Under the pieces are notes generated by a model. The model saw only the letters and a program-made list of their open reading frames with translations, ran no database searches and had not been told where the DNA came from. Positions 37,403 to 47,282 of a DNA stretch of 64,000 bases are shown piece after piece; position 1 is the first letter of the stretch, and the number at the start of each line of letters is the position of its first letter. The position numbers and the translations under genes were made by a program. Source of the DNA: an uncultured Gemmatimonadales bacterium (GTDB lineage Bacteria > Gemmatimonadota > Gemmatimonadetes > Gemmatimonadales > GWC2-71-9); assembly GCA_963795085.1 (NCBI GenBank), contig CAWCFX010000006.1, forward strand, positions 736,001 to 800,000. Direction: 5' to 3'.

Positions 37403-38749
37403 TTACCGCTTCTCGGCCAGGAACGTGGGCACGGTGGAGCCGCCGCCGGAGGTGACGTTCAGCAGGGCGGCGGTCGAGAGCCGGGTCAGCTGGCCCTGCA
37501 TGAAATCACCGTAGCTGACGAACGGGGCGGTATCGAGCATCCGGTCCATGAGGAGCAGGTTGCCGTCCACCAGGCTGGGATAGGGCTCGCTGGGGATGGG
37601 GACCCGCTCCTGCACGATGTAGGGAGCGGCCAGCGCCTCCTGGATGGCGGCATGCCAGTTGGTCTCGGTCACCTGCCAGCCCAGCACGATCCCGGCCCCG
37701 CCGTAGTCGTCGTTGGGCTTGAGCACCATGCGGTCGCGCCGGTCGGCGATATACGGCAGCAGGTCGATGGATTCCCCGCCGTGCATGGTGGTGCGCTCTT
37801 CCACGATCCGGGTCCAGGGCACATGGGCCCGGATGGCCTCCAGTTCGTCGGGACGGAAGAGGTGGCTGTTGCGCTCGTCGCTCAGCACGGCGAGGCTGGC
37901 CTTCTTGTGCAGGATCTTGCTGCGAAACGGGTTGATCATGCAGACGGCGTTGTCCCGGACCGCGCGCACCACGGCATGGTCGAGACCGCAGACCTTGACC
38001 AGTTCGGTGATGAGGACCCGCTTGTAGATCAGGTCCACCGGCGCCCCGTGGGCGATCAGCCGGCCATCATGGTAGTCCATCTCGCGGGGGTCGGCGATCA
38101 CGCACTCGATGCCCAGGGCGTGGAAGTACCGCTCGTAGAGCACGAACTCGTTCCGGGTCGGCACGTCGGGCCAGTCCACGATGGCCACCCGGGGAAGCGC
38201 CCGGCTCCGGGACCACTGGTGGTAGGCATCGAGCAGGACGTTGACCACGCCGGCCTGGGAGAGCAGCGGTTCCAGCTGGTACTCGCGGCTGAAGGCCCGC
38301 ATCACCGGCAGCGAGGCGAACGCGTTGCACAGCTCGTCGTTGAAGCCGGCCCCGGCGGGGGTCTCCGCGTTGTACTCGGTCAGGGCCATGGTCCCGGCCT
38401 CGTCCATCACGAACGCGTCGAGCCGGGAGGTAGGGCTCGAATCGGCATAGCCGGGATCGTGGCCGATGAGCTGTTCTTCCCAGCCCTCCAGCCGGAACTG
38501 CTCCCGGAAGTCCGGGTCCGCCACCGCGGCCTGGTAGGCGCTCTGGAAGGCCCGCATCAGGACCCGGACCCGCCGCTGCATCAGGTCGTGCTGGGCCCTG
38601 GTCATCAGCCGGGGGCGCAGCACGGTACAGAGCGCCCGGTCACCGAAGATCAGGCCGCGGTGAGCCAGCTGGCCTTCGAGCAGGGCGTGGCTGTCGGCCG
38701 CCAGCTCCGGCGTCAGGAGGTCGTGGTAGTCCTGGATGGGGGTGGCCAC
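37403..38749 (-). CDS. Circularly permuted ATP-grasp / glutathionylspermidine synthase-like ligase
   Basis: [39 protein letters not shown]. Confidence 0.82.
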   Translation of the reverse strand: MATPIQDYHDLLTPELAADSHALLEGQLAHRGLIFGDRALCTVLRPRLMTRAQHDLMQRRVRVLMRAFQSAYQAAVADPDFREQFRLEGWEEQLIGHDPGYADSSPTSRLDAFVMDEAGTMALTEYNAETPAGAGFNDELCNAFASLPVMRAFSREYQLEPLLSQAGVVNVLLDAYHQWSRSRALPRVAIVDWPDVPTRNEFVLYERYFHALGIECVIADPREMDYHDGRLIAHGAPVDLIYKRVLITELVKVCGLDHAVVRAVRDNAVCMINPFRSKILHKKASLAVLSDERNSHLFRPDELEAIRAHVPWTRIVEERTTMHGGESIDLLPYIADRRDRMVLKPNDDYGGAGIVLGWQVTETNWHAAIQEALAAPYIVQERVPIPSEPYPSLVDGNLLLMDRMLDTAPFVSYGDFMQGQLTRLSTAALLNVTSGGGSTVPTFLAEKR

Positions 38750-38752
38750 CGC

Positions 38753-39688
38753 TTACTTGCGGCCCGCCGTGAACATCGCGCTCCATTTCAGATCTTCGGC
38801 CTGCTTGCGCGGCGCCTTGGCGTACTGGATCACCATGTCCGCCATGTTCTGCACGACCCATTCGAAGTAGTGCGGCGTCAGCGAATTGACGTCCATGTCC
38901 GGGGCCGGGTTCATGAAGTCGATGGCGTAGGGAATCCCGCCGCGCACCGCGAACTCCAGGGAGTTCATGTCGTACCCCAGCGCCCGGCAGAGGGTCTGCG
39001 AATCCTTCACGATGCGGGCGCCCAGTTCCGGCGACAGGTGCTCGTGCTCGAGCAGGTAGCGCCGCTCCCGGGGATCGTATTTCATCGGGAGGACCTTCTC
39101 CTGGCCCAGGCAGAGACAGCGGACGAACTGGTCCCACTCGATGAACTCCTGCACCACCATGGTGAGCAGCCCGGAGCCGTCGTAGTTGTGGATCAGCTCC
39201 TCGAGCGAACGGCACACATAGACCTCCTTCCAGCCGCCGCCATGGGCATCCTTCAGGATGCAGGGCATCCCGATGTAGTCCACGATCGCCTTCCAGTCGA
39301 GCGGATAGGTGAGGTTCCGGAGACTTTCCTCCGGCACGATGCCCGGGATGTAGGCCTTGTTGGGGAGGGCCAGGGTCTTGGGATGGGCGACCCCCAGCCG
39401 GGTCGCCAGCGAGGCCCCGAAATACTTGTCATCCGCGGTCCACATGAACGGATTGTTGACCACGCTGGTCCCCTGCAGCACCGCGTTCTTCAGGTAGCTG
39501 CGGTAGTAGGGAACCTCGTGGGATATCCGGTCCACGATGACATCGTAGGGACAGGGTTCGTTCATCGCCACGGCGCCAATCTTCACGAACTCGGCCACGA
39601 CGCCCTGGTCCCGGCCGGCGACCTCGTCGATGAACCTGGGCGGGAAGGACCACTCCCGGCCCACCATCAATCCGACACGCTTCGTCAT
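38753..39688 (-). CDS. RimK-like ATP-grasp protein
   Basis: MTKRVGLMVGREWSFP, VVNNPF..DDK, LKDAHGGGW, VQEFI, IDFMNPAPD. Confidence 0.85.
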   Translation of the reverse strand: MTKRVGLMVGREWSFPPRFIDEVAGRDQGVVAEFVKIGAVAMNEPCPYDVIVDRISHEVPYYRSYLKNAVLQGTSVVNNPFMWTADDKYFGASLATRLGVAHPKTLALPNKAYIPGIVPEESLRNLTYPLDWKAIVDYIGMPCILKDAHGGGWKEVYVCRSLEELIHNYDGSGLLTMVVQEFIEWDQFVRCLCLGQEKVLPMKYDPRERRYLLEHEHLSPELGARIVKDSQTLCRALGYDMNSLEFAVRGGIPYAIDFMNPAPDMDVNSLTPHYFEWVVQNMADMVIQYAKAPRKQAEDLKWSAMFTAGRK

Positions 39689-39714
39689 AGTTCCAAGTTC
39701 CGGTGAAAGTGAGA

Positions 39715-39965
39715 CAGTGGGACAGTGGGACAGTGGGTCAGTGGGACAGTGGGTCAGTGGGTCAGTGGGACAGTGGGTCAGTGGGTCAGTGGGACAGTGG
39801 GACAGTGGGGCAGGCAGGGGGCCAGGGGGCCAGGGGGCCAGGGGGCCGTAGTACCCTAATGGGTTGTTGCCCTCTTGCCCCCTCACCCTCTTGCCCCCTT
39901 TGTTGCCCTCTTGCCCCCTTACCCTCTTGCCCCCTTCGTTGCCCTCTTGCCCTCTTGCCCCCTTG
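39715..39965. repeat. Octamer element R8 (CAGTGGGW and GGGGCCAG G-arm; TTGCCCCC/TTGCCCTC C-arm) inside the operon
   Basis: Directly visible. Confidence 0.9.
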
Positions 39966-40685
39966 TCAATCGTGCCCCCCGACGTAGGCCCGGATCATCC
40001 GCTCCCAGTAGGGCCAGTCGTGGGACCAGCCGTCCCACTCCCGGAGCGCGTTGCCGATGCCCTTGTTCCACAGGATCCCGGAGAACTCGCGATTGTTGTG
40101 GATCGAGGGATCGTCCTTGCCGATGGCGAGAATCACGTCCTGGCGGCGCAACGCGTCGAGCCGGCCGGGATCGTGCTCGTGGACCAGGAAATCCATCGGA
40201 TTGGACTGATAGACGTTCTCGTCCGAGTACCCGCCGGTGAGCCGCTTGATGTCGTACAGCCCGCTCAATCCGATGATTCGCTGGACCAGGTGCGGGTGCC
40301 GAAAACCGAACGACGCGGCCTGGAAGGCGCCCAGGCTGGCCCCGGTCGCGATGACGAAGGGGGTGCCGTTCACGCTGTTCATGAACGGGGTCACTTCGTG
40401 AGCGAGGTAGGCGTCGTATTGAAGGTGGCGCCAGGCCTGGGCCCCGGGATGCACGGTGTCCGCGTTCCAGCTCTCACTGTTGACCTGGTCCACGCAGAAC
40501 ATCTGGAGCCAGCCCTGCTCCAGCTGGTCGCCCAGCACCTCGTGCATCCGGCGGTCGCCCCACTCAGTGAAGCTGCCCATCGAAGTGGGAAACACCAGCA
40601 GTTTCGCCCCGGCGTGGCCGAACACCAGGAGGTCCATCGGTTTCCCCAGCGCGGGGCTATGCCAACGGTGATGCTCGGTCTTCAC
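39966..40685 (-). CDS. Esterase family alpha/beta hydrolase
   Basis: WHSPALG..M.LLVFGHAG, GASLG, HDWPYW. Confidence 0.9.
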   Translation of the reverse strand: MKTEHHRWHSPALGKPMDLLVFGHAGAKLLVFPTSMGSFTEWGDRRMHEVLGDQLEQGWLQMFCVDQVNSESWNADTVHPGAQAWRHLQYDAYLAHEVTPFMNSVNGTPFVIATGASLGAFQAASFGFRHPHLVQRIIGLSGLYDIKRLTGGYSDENVYQSNPMDFLVHEHDPGRLDALRRQDVILAIGKDDPSIHNNREFSGILWNKGIGNALREWDGWSHDWPYWERMIRAYVGGHD

Positions 40686-41494
40686 GGATGGGTTCCTTGT
40701 GAGGTAACCAGAAAGGGAAGCGCGGCCTTGAACCGGCGGCCCCAGGCCGCTTCAGTATGCCCCGCGCCCGGCTCTTCAACCCAGCGCAGGTCCTCTCCCT
40801 CGCGGTAACCCTTGGCCAGCAGGATCTCTCGCATCCGGCGCGCGTTGGCCAGGGTGGAGGCCCCTTCGTTGGTCCCGATATCCAGGTAGATCTTCCCTGG
40901 TACCCGGGGAGCCGTCTCAATAAAAGGGAAGATAGCCCGGTCCGCAAACCACAGCGCCGGACTCAGGCTGGCCACGAATCCGAAATCCCCGGGCCGAGCG
41001 AAAAAGCCGTACAGGCTGATCAAGCCTCCCATGGAGGACCCGCCCAATCCGGTCGTTTCCCGGCCTGGCAGAGTCCGGAATGACCGGTCCACCAGCGGCT
41101 TGACCGTATCCACCACGAAATCCAGGTAGTCATCTCCCTTGCCGCCGCCCGCCTCGGCGTCCACGTAGGGGCTGTACTCGGCGATCCGCTCCTCCCCCAT
41201 GTTGGGGATACCGACAATGATCGCCTCGACACCCCGGCGCGGCAGGCCGGCACCGTCCATCAGACCCCAGTCCCCCGCAAAACTCTTGGCCGGATCGAAA
41301 AGGTTCTGCCCATCCTGCATGTAGATCGCCGGGTATCGTCGCTTGGCGGACTGATAGCCAGGCGGAAGGTACACGACAATCTCACGGGCATTGCCCAATG
41401 GCGGGCTGAGAACGGCGCCAAGCGACTTGAGGGTCCCTGCCGCCCGACGCCGGGGTTTCCAGTTGAGCAGTGCACGAGGCCAGCGAAGCATCAA
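40682..41494 (-). CDS. Alpha/beta hydrolase (Esterase family)
   Basis: VYLPPGY, YMQDGQNLFD, GGSSMGG, HTEAAW. Confidence 0.9.
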   Translation of the reverse strand: MMLRWPRALLNWKPRRRAAGTLKSLGAVLSPPLGNAREIVVYLPPGYQSAKRRYPAIYMQDGQNLFDPAKSFAGDWGLMDGAGLPRRGVEAIIVGIPNMGEERIAEYSPYVDAEAGGGKGDDYLDFVVDTVKPLVDRSFRTLPGRETTGLGGSSMGGLISLYGFFARPGDFGFVASLSPALWFADRAIFPFIETAPRVPGKIYLDIGTNEGASTLANARRMREILLAKGYREGEDLRWVEEPGAGHTEAAWGRRFKAALPFLVTSQGTHP

Positions 41495-41800
41495 TCAGGC
41501 GGGCTGGGGTGGAACCATGGGGCGGTGCCCCGGGAAGGCGTACAACCTAAATGAGCCGTTAATCCGGGCACAGCCTTCACCCCGCAGAAGCCCGCCGAAT
41601 ACCGGATCAGGGCAGGCCCGATCCCCGCCCCTGCCGAGCCGCCAGCATCCTCGCAAACTGCGATGCAAAACAGGCCAGAAAGCGTACACTAACTGTGTTA
41701 AGTCTTTTAAAATGAAGGGTATAAGCGTGGCCCACCTGTTGCTTTGATGAACAGCGACAGCATAGCACCAGACCGGGGACACTTACCAGGGGCATCGGCC

Positions 41801-43636
41801 ATGTATCGCATTCGACTCGCTTCGGGCGCCGAGACGACCTACCACAGCATCGACGAGCTGACCTCCGCCCTGCAGGGTGGCGAGGTCACCGCGGAGGCCT
41901 TGATCTACCACCAGCGGGCAGACCGCTGGCTCACGATTACCAACCATCCCCACTACAAGATCGCGATGACCCGGGCCACCGGCGAGCACCCGGCCGGGAG
42001 CCGCCCCGTTCCCTCAGCCCAGCCCGATGCCGGGAAGCGGCAGGTCATTGCGGCCATCCGGCCTTCGGGATCGCACGTGCCACCCACCCGGGTCCAGGGC
42101 CGGCCGGAAGTGCCTCCGACGGCGATCCGAGACAAGCTCTTCGAGGTGGTGGCCGAGATGGAGAAGGCGAACCAGCCGAAGGCGGCACCCCGCAAGCTCA
42201 GCATTCCAGCGCCCCGGAAACCGGATAACAGCGGGCTCAGAGCCCACGAGAATGTCCTCGAAGGTGTGGTGGTGGACCGGCTGGCTGCTCCGGCTCCAAC
42301 TCCTCCGGCACCCGTTTCTCCGGCCGCGCCGGTTTCCAGGACCACGGTGCTGCCGATCCGTGCCGCGAAGCCGCCGGCCCCCGAAACCCCCTCCGTGCCC
42401 GATCTCGGCGATGGCCTCGACCTGGTCGAAGAACCCATCGCGGCGGAGCCGATGGCGGCTCCCCCGCAGCGGGTGAGCGGAGCCACCCCACAGGTGGACC
42501 GGCTGCTGGAGCTGCTGGAACCGGCCCCGAAGCCCGCACCGGAAGTGGCGCCCCGGACCTCGCGGGAACTGAAGTTGATTGACCCGGGTACCCCCTCGGA
42601 TATCGAGCCGGCGGCCGTTCTCGCCGCCGAACCGGAGATCGTGGAGCAGGCACCGGAACCGGAGCCATACCAGGTTCCTGCCCACCTGACCTATCGGCGG
42701 AGACGGCGGGAAAAGAAAGCGGTCATGGTGGCGGCGGCCGTGGCGCTCGTCGCCGTGGGGACGTTCTTCTGGAAGCCCTGGGCCAGTGCTACCGAGCGGG
42801 GCGCCGAAGGCGCGGTCATGGCGTCCCTGCCCCGGACCGAGGCGTTTGGCGGGTCATCCTCCAGTCCGGTTCCGCCGCCTGCGTACGCCGAGACCCCGGC
42901 CGAGAGGGCCGCCCCGGCACCGGCAATTGTCGCCCCTACTGTGGGGGAGCGCCCGATCGATAGCGCCCCTTCGATTATTCGGGTGGTGGCCCCCCGAAAC
43001 ATGGGCGTTCCGCCCACACCCAGCCTGGAGGCCAGCAACATCAGCGCTCCGACCCAGCGGGAGAGCGCGGGCGCCCTGATCCAGCGGTACAACGCGGCCT
43101 ACAACGAGGCCCGCTCGGAGCTGGAGTTGCGGATGCTCCAGGTCGGATTCACCCAGATATTCCTTCGCTCCCGCCTGAGTACTGCCGCGGGAATCCAGGA
43201 CACCCGCCGCCTGATCGCCTCCGCGAGTGGTGCCCTGCGCCAGTACCGAGGGGATGAGAGCCGGATCGAACGAGCCTACCAGGACACCATAGGGGTTGCC
43301 GGCCGGAAGGTGGGCTGGGGACCCCGCGACCTGGGGACCTGGAATGCCAAGCCCGGCCAGCAAGAGAGCGGCGAGACCCTCCGGCTCACCAACCTCATGC
43401 TGAGCCAGATGGACAGCACCTTCAGCCTCCTGGCGAATCAGATCGGCAAATACCGCATCACCGGTGAAGCCATCGTCTTCGACGACCCGGATGCCGCTCG
43501 GCAATACGGCGCCCTCCGGGGGTGGCTCAACCAGCAGGCCGACAAGTACTCCGGCTCCGGCGACGCGCTGCCGGCCACCCTGCGCCAGGTGGTCAAGGCG
43601 ATCGGGGCGACCAGGCTGCCGGCGGAGAAGCGCTAG
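41801..43636 (+). CDS. Hypothetical membrane protein (GYF_2-like N-terminus, Pro-rich linker, one TM segment, helical C-terminal domain)
   Basis: 611 aa; DEL..AL..GEVT.EALIY....RW; TM AVMVAAAVALVAVGTFFW. Confidence 0.75.
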   Translation: MYRIRLASGAETTYHSIDELTSALQGGEVTAEALIYHQRADRWLTITNHPHYKIAMTRATGEHPAGSRPVPSAQPDAGKRQVIAAIRPSGSHVPPTRVQGRPEVPPTAIRDKLFEVVAEMEKANQPKAAPRKLSIPAPRKPDNSGLRAHENVLEGVVVDRLAAPAPTPPAPVSPAAPVSRTTVLPIRAAKPPAPETPSVPDLGDGLDLVEEPIAAEPMAAPPQRVSGATPQVDRLLELLEPAPKPAPEVAPRTSRELKLIDPGTPSDIEPAAVLAAEPEIVEQAPEPEPYQVPAHLTYRRRRREKKAVMVAAAVALVAVGTFFWKPWASATERGAEGAVMASLPRTEAFGGSSSSPVPPPAYAETPAERAAPAPAIVAPTVGERPIDSAPSIIRVVAPRNMGVPPTPSLEASNISAPTQRESAGALIQRYNAAYNEARSELELRMLQVGFTQIFLRSRLSTAAGIQDTRRLIASASGALRQYRGDESRIERAYQDTIGVAGRKVGWGPRDLGTWNAKPGQQESGETLRLTNLMLSQMDSTFSLLANQIGKYRITGEAIVFDDPDAARQYGALRGWLNQQADKYSGSGDALPATLRQVVKAIGATRLPAEKR

Positions 43637-43665
43637 AATCGAGGGCGGTAGAAACAGGGCGGGAG

Positions 43666-43698
43666 GAAACAGAAACGACCCCGTAACTCGGGGCCGTT
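43666..43698 (-). terminator. Intrinsic terminator after rpsU
   Basis: AACGGCCCC...GGGGTCGTT stem followed by TCTGTTT. Confidence 0.65.
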
Positions 43699-43725
43699 GA
43701 TTATTCATTGGTGACTCGAAATCGC

Positions 43726-43923
43726 TTAGCTCTGTTCCTTCCGCTTCGCCTTGCGGCGGCGGCGGGCGGCTTCAGCGGACTTGAGATTCCGGGCTTCGCC
43801 CGGCTTCACGTAATAGCGATACTTGCGCAGATCCCGCAGGATGCCGGACCGGACCATCTTGCGCTTGAAGGTCTTGAGCGCCCACTCAATGCTGTCGTTC
43901 TCGCCGAGAGTAACTTCGATCAT
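43726..43923 (-). CDS. rpsU: 30S ribosomal protein S21
   Basis: 65 aa; SIEWALKTFKRK..SGIL..L.K.RYYVKP. Confidence 0.9.
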   Translation of the reverse strand: MIEVTLGENDSIEWALKTFKRKMVRSGILRDLRKYRYYVKPGEARNLKSAEAARRRRKAKRKEQS

Positions 43924-43980
43924 TGCTTCTCCTGGGGGTGCGGAACAAGCCGGCGCTCGATTGAGCGCCGGCTCGCTGGT

Positions 43981-44187
43981 TTACACCTTCCGAACGTTCT
44001 CCGCCGCCGGGCCCTTCTGGCCCTGCACAACGTCAAACTCGACCTTGTCACCCTCGGAGAGGGACTTGAAGCCCTCGCCCTGGATGGCAGAGTGGTGGAC
44101 GAAACAGTCCTTCTGACCGCCTTCGGGAGTGATGAAGCCAAAACCCTTGGCGTCATTGAACCATTTCACCGTGCCGGTGGTACGCAT
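43981..44187 (-). CDS. Cold-shock protein (CspA family)
   Basis: [29 protein letters not shown]. Confidence 0.97.
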   Translation of the reverse strand: MRTTGTVKWFNDAKGFGFITPEGGQKDCFVHHSAIQGEGFKSLSEGDKVEFDVVQGQKGPAAENVRKV

Positions 44188-44368
44188 TGCCTAACTCCTT
44201 GATGTGTTGTCGGAGTCCGGAATGACCGTACCTGCCGACATATGTTCGCGGACTATGCCCCCGCGCTGGGCTTGCCGGCTATGACTGCGGCCGACGACTT
44301 CGGGTCAAAAAGGGGACCGGCCGGAGCCAAGCCCCCTTTACAATTCAGATGATATCTGAAGCGGGCAG

Positions 44369-44397
44369 AAGCTACCGTGCAGGCAGGCTAAAGTCAA
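44369..44397 (-). promoter_or_regulatory. Sigma70-type promoter of the csp-rpsU genes, with a ~175-nt 5' UTR
   Basis: TTGACT-N17-TAGCTT; a long leader is typical of csp genes. Confidence 0.7.
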
Positions 44398-44411
44398 TAG
44401 TAGTGCGGGAT

Positions 44412-45098
44412 TCAGGGATTAGCGCAGGGGCCGGCCAGGTCCCCGATCCAACGGCCAACCACGCTGGCCATCTCGGTTTGGGCGTCCTCGTCGGTCCGCC
44501 CGGAGCGACGGGGAAGGTGAAACGAGTGGTCCCCACCCTCGACGACGTGGACTGTCGCCCGGGGCCCCAGGCCATCCGATACCCCCTTCATCAGGGCCAG
44601 GTCGGCCAGGGAATCCCGGGTGCCCTGGATAAAGAGCAGGGGGACGGTAACCAGCGGCAGATGATCCGCCCGCGCGGTGCCGGGGTTCTTCGGGGGGTGC
44701 AGGGGGAAGCCGAAGAACACCAACCCCCGAACCCCGGCCAGGGCCTCTTTGGCGGCGGCGCCGCTGGTCATCCGGCCTCCCATGGACTTTCCCCCGGCGA
44801 ACAGGGGCAGGCCAGAGGCGACCTCCGCACCGGCGGCGACGGCGGCCCGCACCGTGGCCTCGAGCAGGGGCGGGCGATCCGGCTGGCGCCGGCCCTGGTC
44901 CATATATGGGAACTGGTATCGGAGGGTGCCCACCCCCTCCCCAGCCAGCCGCACCGCCAGGGCCTCCATGAAGGGGTGGCGCATGCCCGCGCCGGCCCCG
45001 TGGGCAAGGACCAGCAGGGCACCGGCCGGCTCCGGCATATGGAGAATGGCGGACACCCTTCCAGCCCTGGTCCCGGTCTCGATGGTCAGATCCCTCAT
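44412..45098 (-). CDS. Alpha/beta hydrolase (KANL3/Tex30-like)
   Basis: LAHGAGAGM, GGKSMGGR, GFPLHPP, QGTRD, GDHSF; ATGA overlap with ligD. Confidence 0.9.
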   Translation of the reverse strand: MRDLTIETGTRAGRVSAILHMPEPAGALLVLAHGAGAGMRHPFMEALAVRLAGEGVGTLRYQFPYMDQGRRQPDRPPLLEATVRAAVAAGAEVASGLPLFAGGKSMGGRMTSGAAAKEALAGVRGLVFFGFPLHPPKNPGTARADHLPLVTVPLLFIQGTRDSLADLALMKGVSDGLGPRATVHVVEGGDHSFHLPRRSGRTDEDAQTEMASVVGRWIGDLAGPCANP

Positions 45099-47152
45099 GC
45101 AAGCTCCTCCTGCAGCGCGGCCAGCGCGCTCCCCAGGTCCGGCGTGGTGGCAATGATCGGAAGCAGCGGATCCTCTCCCAGCGACCGCATCCGGTCCACC
45201 GCGTTCCTGATAGTAAAGCTGCGAATATCGAGGGCGCCATTGACCTCGCTCCAGCGGAGCGGCATGGACACCGGCGCCCCGGCCAGCGGCCGTACGCTGT
45301 AGGGCGAGACCAGCAGCTTGCCGTGCCCGTTCTGGAGGAAATCCACGTACACCTTGCCGCCCCGCCTGTTCACCGCGCGGGTGATAGTGGCCACCCGGGG
45401 AACCATCTTGACCAGCGCCTGGGCCAGGATTTCGCCCATGGCCCGGGCCTGGTCGTGGGTGAACTGGCGAGCCAGCGGAATCATCACGTGGAGTCCCGAA
45501 GACCCCGTCGTCTTGATGAACGCCGGCAACCCGATCCGCTGGCAGAGCGACTGCGCGGCCTGGGCCACCTCCACCACGTGGGCGAAGGGCGCGTCCTTGG
45601 GATCAAGGTCCAGGCTGCACCAGTCGGGGTGGGTAATGGCGGGGAGCCGGCTGGCCCAGATATGCAGCGGAATGGCGGCCATGTTGGCCAGGTAGCGCAG
45701 GCCGTCAATGCCGTCCACGACGAAGTAATCGATATCCCGTTCGGCATGGGCGCTCCACATCCGTTCGGTGCGGAGATACTCCCGGGCATAGTCCGGCGCG
45801 TCTTTCTGAAAAAAGGACTTGCCGTGGATGCCGTCGGGAAACCGGGTGAGGACGACCGGCCTCTGGTCCAGGTAAGGCAGCAGCCAGGGCGCGACGGCGC
45901 CGTAGTAGTCGATCAGGTCCCCCTTGGTGAGGCCGTCTTCCGGCCAGAAGACCTTGTCCCGATTGCTGACTTTCAGCGCGGACCGTCCGGTCGCGTGGGC
46001 CGCCGGGGCGCGTTTCGGGGGCGGGGCCAGCGCCGGGGCAGCCGACACCGCCGGGGCGCCGATCTGGCGAACGCACTCGTCGGGCGGCTTGTCGTCACGA
46101 AAGCGGAGAAAGGCAGGCTGCCGGAGGTAGCCCTCGTCGGTCAGTTCCTTGAACCGCACCTCGGCCACCATCTCCGGCTGCACCCAGGTGGCGGTGCGAA
46201 AGTCGGGAACCGAGCGGAGCGGTATGGTTCCCTCCGTTGCCCCCGGCGGGACGGGGCCCTCGCATGGCGGTGTCTTTCGTTCCAGCCGGTCCAGTTCCCG
46301 GCGCACCTCCGTAAGCTGCCGGGCGTTGAAACCGGTCCCCACCCGGCCGGCATACACCAGCCGCCCCGCCACGTACTGCCCCACGTGGAGCGCCCCGAAT
46401 CCTTGCCGGGAGCCCTTGGGCTGGGTGTACCCCACCACCACGAAATCGTCGGTCTGGTCGGCCCTGATCTTGAGCCAGTTGGGCGAGCGCCCTCCGCGAT
46501 AGGCACACTCGGCTTTCTTGGCCACGATCCCTTCCAGCCCCAGTTTGACGGCATGCTCGAACAACGGCACGCCCAGGCCCTCGAAATGGTCGAGATACCG
46601 GATGGTGCCATCCCCGGGAACCAGTTTTCGAAGGAACTCCTTGCGGGCCAGGAGCGGCAGCGGGCGCAGGTCGAGACCGGCGAAGCCCAGCAGGTCAAAC
46701 GCGAAAAAAATAGTGGGCCACTTTCGGGACGCGCGTCCCACCTCGAGGGACTTGGCGAGCTTGCCTCGCTGCTGCAGCCGCTGGAAACTGGGCCTCCCGC
46801 GCTGGTCCATGGCTACCACCTCGCCATCCAGCACCAGGTCCTCCCCCGGCAAATCGGCCATCGCGGCCACGACCTCGGGGAAGCTGCCGGCCAGGTCGTT
46901 CCCGTTCCGGCTGAGCAGCTGGACGCTGCCCCCGGTCCGGCCGGCCAGCAGCCGGTAGCCATCCAGCTTGATCTCAAAGACCCACCCCTCCCGGTCAAAG
47001 GCACGGGGATGCACCTCCGCCAGCATCATGTCGACGGCGACAGGATCAACAGGCTGGCGGATCGCCCCGGCGGCGAGCGCTTCCCGCTCGAGTTCACCGG
47101 CGGACCCGGGGGGACGCTTCTTCACGCGGGGCGAACCCGGGAGGCCATCCAC
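45095..47152 (-). CDS. ligD: DNA ligase D (ATP-dependent ligase plus polymerase domains)
   Basis: EIKLDGYR, DGEVV, FDLL, EGIVAK, WLKI, GRVGTG; polymerase domain RFPDGI, DLDP, KTTGSSGLHV, DFLQN. Confidence 0.95.
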   Translation of the reverse strand: MDGLPGSPRVKKRPPGSAGELEREALAAGAIRQPVDPVAVDMMLAEVHPRAFDREGWVFEIKLDGYRLLAGRTGGSVQLLSRNGNDLAGSFPEVVAAMADLPGEDLVLDGEVVAMDQRGRPSFQRLQQRGKLAKSLEVGRASRKWPTIFFAFDLLGFAGLDLRPLPLLARKEFLRKLVPGDGTIRYLDHFEGLGVPLFEHAVKLGLEGIVAKKAECAYRGGRSPNWLKIRADQTDDFVVVGYTQPKGSRQGFGALHVGQYVAGRLVYAGRVGTGFNARQLTEVRRELDRLERKTPPCEGPVPPGATEGTIPLRSVPDFRTATWVQPEMVAEVRFKELTDEGYLRQPAFLRFRDDKPPDECVRQIGAPAVSAAPALAPPPKRAPAAHATGRSALKVSNRDKVFWPEDGLTKGDLIDYYGAVAPWLLPYLDQRPVVLTRFPDGIHGKSFFQKDAPDYAREYLRTERMWSAHAERDIDYFVVDGIDGLRYLANMAAIPLHIWASRLPAITHPDWCSLDLDPKDAPFAHVVEVAQAAQSLCQRIGLPAFIKTTGSSGLHVMIPLARQFTHDQARAMGEILAQALVKMVPRVATITRAVNRRGGKVYVDFLQNGHGKLLVSPYSVRPLAGAPVSMPLRWSEVNGALDIRSFTIRNAVDRMRSLGEDPLLPIIATTPDLGSALAALQEELA

Positions 47153-47223
47153 TGGACCGACATGGAGGATCTACTCCGTTGCAGGATGGTGAGTTACATC
47201 ACCCGTACCTAACCTAATCTCTA

Positions 47224-47253
47224 TTGACGCGCCGCCTGCAGGGCCGATATAGT
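47224..47253 (+). promoter_or_regulatory. Sigma70-type promoter of ku
   Basis: TTGACG-N18-TATAGT. Confidence 0.6.
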
Positions 47254-47282
47254 ACGATTCCCCTTCCCTCAGGCAGCAGGCC

